The position numbers and the translations under genes were made by a program. Under the pieces are notes generated by a model, which worked only from the letters and a program-made list of their open reading frames with translations, did not search any database and had not been told where the DNA came from. A stretch of DNA of 64,000 nt from Nitrospiraceae bacterium (lineage in GTDB: Bacteria; Nitrospirota; Nitrospiria; Nitrospirales; UBA8639). Below, piece by piece: positions 58,498 to 64,000 of this stretch; the first letter of the stretch is position 1; the number at the start of each line of letters is the position of its first letter. The stretch is from positions 1,460-65,459 of the forward strand of contig JACKFF010000006.1 of assembly GCA_020632595.1 (NCBI GenBank). The letters run 5' to 3'.

Positions 58498-59043
58498 ATG
58501 ATTATGAGGAGATGGACTGTATTTTCACTAATGTTTGTCATGTTAGGTCTTGGCTTTGCCTTGGTTGCGCCGCTAGGTCTAGCCGCAGACGCGGCTAAGG
58601 AAATGGCGGCCAAGTACATCTTGGCTACCTCTAAGGCTGCCAGAACCGTGTATGTCAAGGGGATTATGGCCGACGCGACCAAAGGTGGAATGAAACCGTC
58701 TGAAGATTGGGTGAAGGATGACCACGGCATGATGCTGCCGGCTCAGTTCGTGAAAGAACTCGGGAAAGAAATAAAGGAGTTTGATTTGTCTTTGGTTGGG
58801 ACCGATCCCTTGTATGCCTCCAATGCCGCGAAAAGTGCCAAGGAAAAGGACATGCTCGCGGAATTAGCCAAAGGAAAAGAAAAAGTATTAGTGGCGGAAG
58901 ATGGCGGAGTGACGGTCGGTATGTCGGCCGATTATGCTATCGCGGACATTTGTGCTGATTGCCATAACTCACACCCAAAAACCACCAAAAAAGATTGGAA
59001 GAAGGGTGATTTTATGGGAGCCATTGTGGTGCGACTGAGATAA
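58498..59043 (+). CDS. periplasmic Tll0287/DUF3365-like c-type heme protein
   Basis: Signal peptide (WTVFSLMFVMLGLGFALVAPLGLAADA), CADCH heme-binding motif, then GAIVVRL. GGAGGAGG precedes the start (ATG 58498 or 58504). Confidence 0.7.
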   Translation: MIMRRWTVFSLMFVMLGLGFALVAPLGLAADAAKEMAAKYILATSKAARTVYVKGIMADATKGGMKPSEDWVKDDHGMMLPAQFVKELGKEIKEFDLSLVGTDPLYASNAAKSAKEKDMLAELAKGKEKVLVAEDGGVTVGMSADYAIADICADCHNSHPKTTKKDWKKGDFMGAIVVRLR

Positions 59044-59108
59044 TAAAGTTTTAAGATCATTTTCTTGAGAGAGGCTGGGAGGGCTTAGATGCTTTCCTCG
59101 CCTTTCTC
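58931..59108 (+). repeat. direct repeat A (3' end of the heme-protein gene plus downstream hairpin)
   Basis: Aligns by eye at ~80% with 61514-61697, including a long identical core AAAAAAGATTGGAAGAAGGGTGATTTTATGGGAGCCATTGT. Confidence 0.8.
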
Positions 59109-59725
59109 CTCTTCTTCCTTTCCTTATATCCTAAAAAATCTCGGGCTGAAATTCCCCGGGTATGGGTGTGCCTAGTGGGTAAAGGATTGAACCTATGGTC
59201 TTTTGTTTAACCCCTCAATTTTCCCCCTTGATCTAAAATATAATCTGTCAGGCAGTTTCCCTTTAGTTGAACGAGAGACTGCGCCCATTAAGTTCCATAC
59301 CCGGCCAGAGGATCGAACGGAAGTCTTCGCATTGGGGATATATTTCGAGCCAATATTCTGGATTTCTTTCCAACCAGCTATACCATTGAGGTCAGCGAGA
59401 GGCAGGAAAGTTCAGGCGATCATCAAAATCCTGCAGCCACTCGGTATATAAGAATTTGAACGACCCGGCCGGAATGCCATTGGGCGGAAACTTATACACC
59501 CGGTGCAGGCAAAATCCCTACCTCTTGCGAAAGCGAAACCAATCAGACCGTCCCAATCTTGCCTCCATACAAGACAAGGAGTATCCGTTCCCGCTAATCA
59601 AAGGAAGGAGGTGATGCAGGGAATTCTTATTGGCAAGAGGGGGGGAATCGTCATATACTCTCGTTCTATTCGTTTTCTTTTGTTCTCGTGTGTCGCTTGT
59701 CTCACTTTCAAAACAAGGAGGTTCT

Positions 59726-60466
59726 ATGAGCCGAAAGAAATTTCTCTCTGCAGTTTTTTTCCTGATTGCTCTCCTCGCGCCTGTCATAGTATTTGCAGGG
59801 GCCGATGTGGTTGAAACAGGCCGCCTCCTGGCTATTCTGCTTGACGCCGGGCGTGGGGCAGTCGCGGCCAACCAGCCCCTGATCAATGATGCGAGCAAGG
59901 GAGACAAGGGGTTCACGCCTGATGTGTTTGCCCAGCAACTCGCGGAGAAATTTAAGGCCCGAGCCAGCGTGGATTTGGGTAATCTGAAAGGGAGCGGCGT
60001 TCCCGAGATGGCGCAAAAGCTGCTGCTGGAACTCGTTGAAGCCGCAAAAAAGACGGTCGCCAACAACCAGGATAAAATCAATAAGCCCGGTGTCGCGTAT
60101 AAGGGCTTTACACCGGCCCATTTCGGGACGCAGACCGCTACTTTGTTCAGCGAAAAAAGCGGTATTTACATGAAACAAACGACAACAGATGCGTTACTCC
60201 GAAATCCGAAGAATAAGGCAGATGACTTTGAGTCCGGGATGATGAAAAAATTCGGCGATTCCGCTTATCCACGCCAGGGGGACAAGATCGCGAGCGAGAC
60301 AACCGACGGAGCCGTGCGTGTGATGTTGCCCTTGTTCTATGGGAAAGGTTGCATGGGTTGCCACGGTGGTCCCAAAGGTGAAATGGATGTTTCCGGCTAC
60401 AAAAAAGAAGGGGCCAAGGAAGGCGACCTTGGAGGGGCAGTCAGCGTGAAGCTTCCCGCCAAATAA
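59726..60466 (+). CDS. periplasmic Tll0287/DUF3365-like c-type heme protein (second paralog)
   Basis: Signal peptide (FLSAVFFLIALLAPVIVFAGA), CMGCH motif, then GGAVSVKLP. AAGGAGG lies upstream of ATG 59726. Confidence 0.7.
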   Translation: MSRKKFLSAVFFLIALLAPVIVFAGADVVETGRLLAILLDAGRGAVAANQPLINDASKGDKGFTPDVFAQQLAEKFKARASVDLGNLKGSGVPEMAQKLLLELVEAAKKTVANNQDKINKPGVAYKGFTPAHFGTQTATLFSEKSGIYMKQTTTDALLRNPKNKADDFESGMMKKFGDSAYPRQGDKIASETTDGAVRVMLPLFYGKGCMGCHGGPKGEMDVSGYKKEGAKEGDLGGAVSVKLPAK

Positions 60467-60525
60467 GCAAATCCTATTATTAAATCCTAAGTGCCCGGGA
60501 GGAACTAATTTAAGATTTTTTGTGG

Positions 60526-60554
60526 GCTTCCGGAAGTCTGAGTGCTTCCGGAAG
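60526..60554. promoter_or_regulatory. two copies of GCTTCCGGAAG (contains the 10-bp palindrome CTTCCGGAAG), 18 nt apart, upstream of cld
   Basis: 60526-60536 and 60544-60554, ~145 nt upstream of ATG 60697. Confidence 0.4.
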
Positions 60555-60696
60555 CAAGTGGGAACACCTTCGAATTTATGAGAGCCAAAAATCTTTCTTA
60601 GGTGGGGATTCTGAAGGATTGTCAGCAAATCCCTTACCCCAAAGAACCCATGACTCTCCATAAATAAATAAGGAAAATAAATAAGGAGAAAAATGT

Positions 60697-61461
60697 ATGC
60701 GCGCCTTAGCATCCCTGTTGTTCATTGCGGTTTTGACTGTTGTGTCCTTTGGCTTGACATGGGCGGCCGATGCCCCTATTTTTGGCACCTTTGCCCTGTT
60801 TGAGGTGGATAAAGATTGGGGAAATTTGTCGGTGGAAGAAAGGCAAAAAGGAGGGGAGGAGGCGAAAGCCCTGTTGGAATCAATCAAAAATCAGGTCACC
60901 GTGGATGGCTATTGGACCTATGGGTTGACAACGGAATCTCATTTTATGCTTCGGCTGCATTCCGCCGACCTCAAAGCCAATCAGCAATTAATGACTCAAC
61001 TCCGGAGTACTCGCCTCGGCCGACATTTGAATTTGGAATACACCGTCAGTGGAGTGACCAAAAGTTTAAATTATGCGCCGGATTTTCCGGAATTGTTGGA
61101 AAAGTTGAAAGCAGCGAAATACAAAGGAGATCCGTCGACATATGCAATTATGATCCCGGTTCGGAAAAATGCCGAATGGTGGAATCTGCCTAAAGAAGAA
61201 CGTGTGGCGCTGATGAAAGAGCATACCATTCCCACTGTGGCCTATTTAGAAACAGTCAAACGGAAATTGTACCATTCCACCGGGATTTCAGACGTGGATT
61301 TTTTAACATATTTTGAAACAAATAGTTTGATTGAATTCAATGATCTGGTCATTGCGTTGCGGATGGTTCGGGAGGATAGCTTCAATGTTCAGCTCGGAGA
61401 GCCGACGATCATTGGCACACTGAAAAACTGGAATGAGATTGTGGATCTCCTTATGAAATAG
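60697..61461 (+). CDS. cld: chlorite dismutase (Nitrospira-type, periplasmic)
   Basis: Signal peptide ending TWA/AD. YAIMIPVRKNAEWWNLPKEERVALMKEHT...TVKRKLYHSTGISDVDFLTYFET matches the remembered N. defluvii Cld. The proximal His (EHT) and the distal Arg 13 residues later (VKRK) are present. Confidence 0.85.
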   Translation: MRALASLLFIAVLTVVSFGLTWAADAPIFGTFALFEVDKDWGNLSVEERQKGGEEAKALLESIKNQVTVDGYWTYGLTTESHFMLRLHSADLKANQQLMTQLRSTRLGRHLNLEYTVSGVTKSLNYAPDFPELLEKLKAAKYKGDPSTYAIMIPVRKNAEWWNLPKEERVALMKEHTIPTVAYLETVKRKLYHSTGISDVDFLTYFETNSLIEFNDLVIALRMVREDSFNVQLGEPTIIGTLKNWNEIVDLLMK

Positions 61462-61513
61462 ATGGGTCCCAGTTCGATCAGATGGATTCATGGTTTTGAA
61501 TAATCATTTTGGG

Positions 61514-61630
61514 GATTATATTGCCTGAAGGTGACAATTGTGCCGATTGCCATAACAAACACCCCAAAACTACCAAAAAAGATTGGAAGAAGGGTGATTT
61601 TATGGGAGCCATTGTTGTCAGACTGAAATA
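61514..61630 (+). pseudogene. remnant of a Tll0287-like heme-protein gene (C-terminal ~35 codons only)
   Basis: Reads ..GDNCADCHNKHPKTTKKDWKKGDFMGAIVVRLK*, a copy of the C-terminus of the 58498..59043 gene. No upstream coding continuation. Confidence 0.65.
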
Positions 61631-61697
61631 ATTTCGTTTTACGACCAATCGTCTTGAGAAAGGGCGGGGAGGGTATCACAACCTTCCTCGCCTTTTT
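61514..61697 (+). repeat. direct repeat B (partner of 58931-59108)
   Basis: See repeat A. Confidence 0.8.
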
Positions 61698-61699
61698 TT
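61663..61699 (+). terminator. rho-independent terminator
   Basis: GGCGGGGAGG / CCTTCCTCGCC stem (one bulge, two G-U pairs), 9-nt loop, T7 tail. Confidence 0.6.
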
Positions 61700-61749
61700 A
61701 TTCCCACCCCTGGGCTTCCCTTTTTTTTAAAAAAATTCCCTCCGGTCCT

Positions 61750-61776
61750 TAAATTCGATCATAGGTGTGCCGATAA
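61750..61776 (+). promoter_or_regulatory. sigma28 (FliA) promoter for cheR-cheD-cheB
   Basis: TAAA-N15-GCCGATAA, an exact match to the class-3 flagellar promoter consensus. ~390 nt upstream of the cheR ATG. Confidence 0.7.
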
Positions 61777-61802
61777 CTTGAAATGGAAAAGGAAAAAGAA
61801 TT

Positions 61803-61854
61803 GAGGCTGAAGGGTGAGTGGTAAAGCGAATAGTCCATCGTTTCACGCCTCACG
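61803..61854 (+). repeat. hairpin element in the cheR leader (1)
   Basis: GAGGCTGAAGGGTGAGTGGTAAAGCG ... CGTTTCACGCCTCACG. Confidence 0.5.
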
Positions 61855-62045
61855 AAGAAATCTGTTTCTTGCATCCATTCCGGATTTTTTCACTTCATTG
61901 AGCCCCTGGAACGGAAATCTTCCAGCGGAAATATGGCTATCGAAAATATTTTATGGGAGTGGGTTTTTGTCGGAATGACCACGGCCTATGGTCTTTCCCT
62001 TTGACGTCCTATGTAGTCTATGGGTTGTGGTTTCTATTGGTTCCA

Positions 62046-62133
62046 GGAAGGGTGAGTAGCAAGGCGTAAAGGGGATGTGCGGTGTTTTTTTCACGACTCC
62101 TTCCTGTTCACTCCTCACTATCAATCCCTTTAC
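62046..62133 (+). repeat. hairpin element in the cheR leader (2)
   Basis: GGAAGGGTGAGTAGCAAGGCGTAAAGGGGATGTG ... CACGACTCCTTCCTGTTCACTCCTCACTATCAATCCCTTTAC. Confidence 0.55.
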
Positions 62134-62168
62134 TTTTTGTTTTGGATCAATTGACGATAAAGGACAAT

Positions 62169-63008
62169 ATGATGACGGCAACGTTGACTGATAATGAATT
62201 TGAACAGTTTAAACACTTAATTTATCAGCAGGTCGGTATTACGCTCGATGCCCCAAAAAAAACGCTCTTAGTTTCTCGTTTGGGGAAACGGCTTCGGGAT
62301 CTTCACCTTTCCTCGTATCAGGCGTATTACGACTGTGTGAGCGGGAAAGGCGGGGAAGAAGAGTTGATGAAGTTGTTGGATCTTGTGTCAACGAATAAAA
62401 CTGATTTTTATCGGGAGCCTGTGCATTTTGATTTTCTCCGCGACCAGGTTCTTTCAGAGGTGCAATCGGCCAAGACCTTGAGAATTTGGTCTTCCGCGTC
62501 CTCTTCCGGGGAAGAACCCTATACGATTGCCATGACCCTGTCTGATGGCATTGCCGATATTAATCGATGGGACATCAAAATTCTCGCCTCCGATATTTCT
62601 ACGCGGGTATTGGCAAAGGCTTCCTCGGGTATCTATGAGGAAGAGCGGGTGAGTCAACTTCCCATTGATTTGGTGAAACGACATTTTCTCCGTGGGAAAG
62701 GCCCGCAAGCGGGAAAGCTGCAGGTGCGCCCTCAGATCGCGCGTCTTGTGGCCTTTCGACGGATAAATTTGATGGACCCGACCTTTCCTATACGGAGTCA
62801 ATTGGATGTAATCTTTTGTCGGAATGTTATGATTTATTTTGATCGTCCCACGCAAGCCAAACTCATGGAGAAGTTTTTCCGATATCTCCGCCCTGGTGGA
62901 TATTTGTTTATCGGACATTCAGAAAGTTTGCAGTGGATCGACCATCAATTTACATATCTGCGCCCGACCATTTATCAAAAACCGATCAGCGTGAAAAGTG
63001 AGGCGTAG
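62169..63008 (+). CDS. cheR: chemotaxis methyltransferase CheR
   Basis: FEQFKHLIYQQVGI...TDFYREP...IWSSASSSGEEPYTIAM...IFCRNVMIYFD. Confidence 0.9.
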   Translation: MMTATLTDNEFEQFKHLIYQQVGITLDAPKKTLLVSRLGKRLRDLHLSSYQAYYDCVSGKGGEEELMKLLDLVSTNKTDFYREPVHFDFLRDQVLSEVQSAKTLRIWSSASSSGEEPYTIAMTLSDGIADINRWDIKILASDISTRVLAKASSGIYEEERVSQLPIDLVKRHFLRGKGPQAGKLQVRPQIARLVAFRRINLMDPTFPIRSQLDVIFCRNVMIYFDRPTQAKLMEKFFRYLRPGGYLFIGHSESLQWIDHQFTYLRPTIYQKPISVKSEA

Positions 63009-63098
63009 GGGAGAGGGCAAAGGGGAGAGTGGTTAGGCGTGGAGGATCGGAAGCACTCATCACTTTTCTCATGCTCCTGACTGTTCACTCCTTACTTT
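62997..63098 (+). repeat. intergenic hairpin element (cheR/cheD spacer)
   Basis: The stop is embedded in GTGAGGCGTAGGGGAGAGGG...GGTTAGGCGTGGAGG. The pyrimidine arm ends TGTTCACTCCTTACTTT, a 17-mer identical to 36861-36877. Confidence 0.6.
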
Positions 63099-63107
63099 AA
63101 GGAAATT

Positions 63108-63716
63108 ATGTCATCTACAGGATTGATGGAATTTGGGCATATTCGGCGAATGCAGGATACCCGCTTCCCCTACGAAGTGGCCGTCATTCTCCCAGGTGAA
63201 TATTTTGTAAGCCGGGAGCCCAAAGTCGTCTATACGGTATTAGGTTCCTGTATCTCAGTGTGTCTGCGAGATCCAGAAGCCGGCGTGGGAGGGATGAATC
63301 ATTTCATGTTAGCAGCTCCTTCCAATATTGAAGGACACGATAATTGGGCAGATTCGGGACGATACGGGAGCTTTGCCATGGAAATGCTGATGAACGATAT
63401 TTTCAAGCGCGGCGGAAAAAAAGACCGCCTCGAAGCGAAAGTCTTTGGCGGGGGAAAGATTTATGATGGCACCATCGATATTGGGGCCCAAAATGCCGCT
63501 TGGGCTCTCGCCTTTTTGGAACAGGAGGGTCTGTCGCCTATTAAAGCCGATGTCGGAGATGTCTGTCCTCGGAAGGTGTACTATTTCACCGATTCGGGAA
63601 AAGTGCTCATGAAAAAACTCGACCGTGTCGTGGCGAGTGCGATTGCGCAGGAGGAGGGGCAGTATCGGAAGAAACTTCAACATGCTCCTGTGCAGTCGGA
63701 CGTCACACTTTTTTGA
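63108..63716 (+). CDS. cheD: chemoreceptor glutamine deamidase CheD
   Basis: TVLGSCISVCLRDPEAGVGGMNHFMLA...KVFGGG. Confidence 0.9.
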   Translation: MSSTGLMEFGHIRRMQDTRFPYEVAVILPGEYFVSREPKVVYTVLGSCISVCLRDPEAGVGGMNHFMLAAPSNIEGHDNWADSGRYGSFAMEMLMNDIFKRGGKKDRLEAKVFGGGKIYDGTIDIGAQNAAWALAFLEQEGLSPIKADVGDVCPRKVYYFTDSGKVLMKKLDRVVASAIAQEEGQYRKKLQHAPVQSDVTLF

Positions 63717-63724
63717 GGAAACAC

Positions 63725-64000
<276 letters not shown>

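Noticed and set aside
59203-59451. 82-aa plus-strand ORF between the two heme-protein genes
   Set aside because: It has no RBS and no motif, and the opposite strand shows a more protein-like (though decayed) frame. It is treated as non-coding or remnant.
59518-60081. 187-aa minus-strand ORF
   Set aside because: It is the antisense shadow of the well-supported plus-strand heme-protein gene (59726..60466), which has a signal peptide, CxxCH and an SD.

Overview
Bacterial chromosomal segment, about 50% GC by eye, with nearly all genes on the plus strand. The taxon is probably Nitrospira-like. That inference rests only on a periplasmic chlorite dismutase that closely resembles, from memory, the Nitrospira defluvii enzyme; no rRNA is present to confirm it. 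Layout: (1) 0-16 kb is housekeeping: a Rieske ferredoxin, an HNH nuclease, a putative Zn-peptidase/ATP-grasp pair, squalene-hopene cyclase read in frame behind a TetR domain, moaC-moaD-moaE-moaA, accD-folC and lptD. (2) 16-46 kb is a flagellar regulon: two sigma54-dependent response regulators, a TPR protein and a soluble histidine kinase, then flgBC-fliEFGHIJ-(motE-like)-fliK-flgDE, a strong terminator, a sigma54 promoter, fliLMNOPQR-flhBAFG-fliA. (3) 46-64 kb is a chemosensory region: a partner-switching trio (REC-PP2C, REC-RsbW-like kinase, STAS), three MCPs, cheY, cheA, cheW, cheR, cheD and cheB (truncated at the window end). Most notable observations: (a) a recurrent intergenic hairpin family whose 5' arm is Shine-Dalgarno-like (GTGAGG/GTAAGG/GGAG words) and whose 3' arm mimics the 16S rRNA 3' tail (TTCACTCCTTAC). 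It occupies almost every spacer from 34 kb onward. (b) A cassette inside the che cluster, flanked by ~180-nt direct repeats, carrying Tll0287/DUF3365-type c-heme sensor proteins and chlorite dismutase, next to an MCP whose periplasmic domain is the same c-heme module. (c) The split, REC-gated partner-switch next to fliA. No rRNA, tRNA, CRISPR or intact mobile element was seen. All calls come from reading the sequence and from remembered family motifs; no searches were run.
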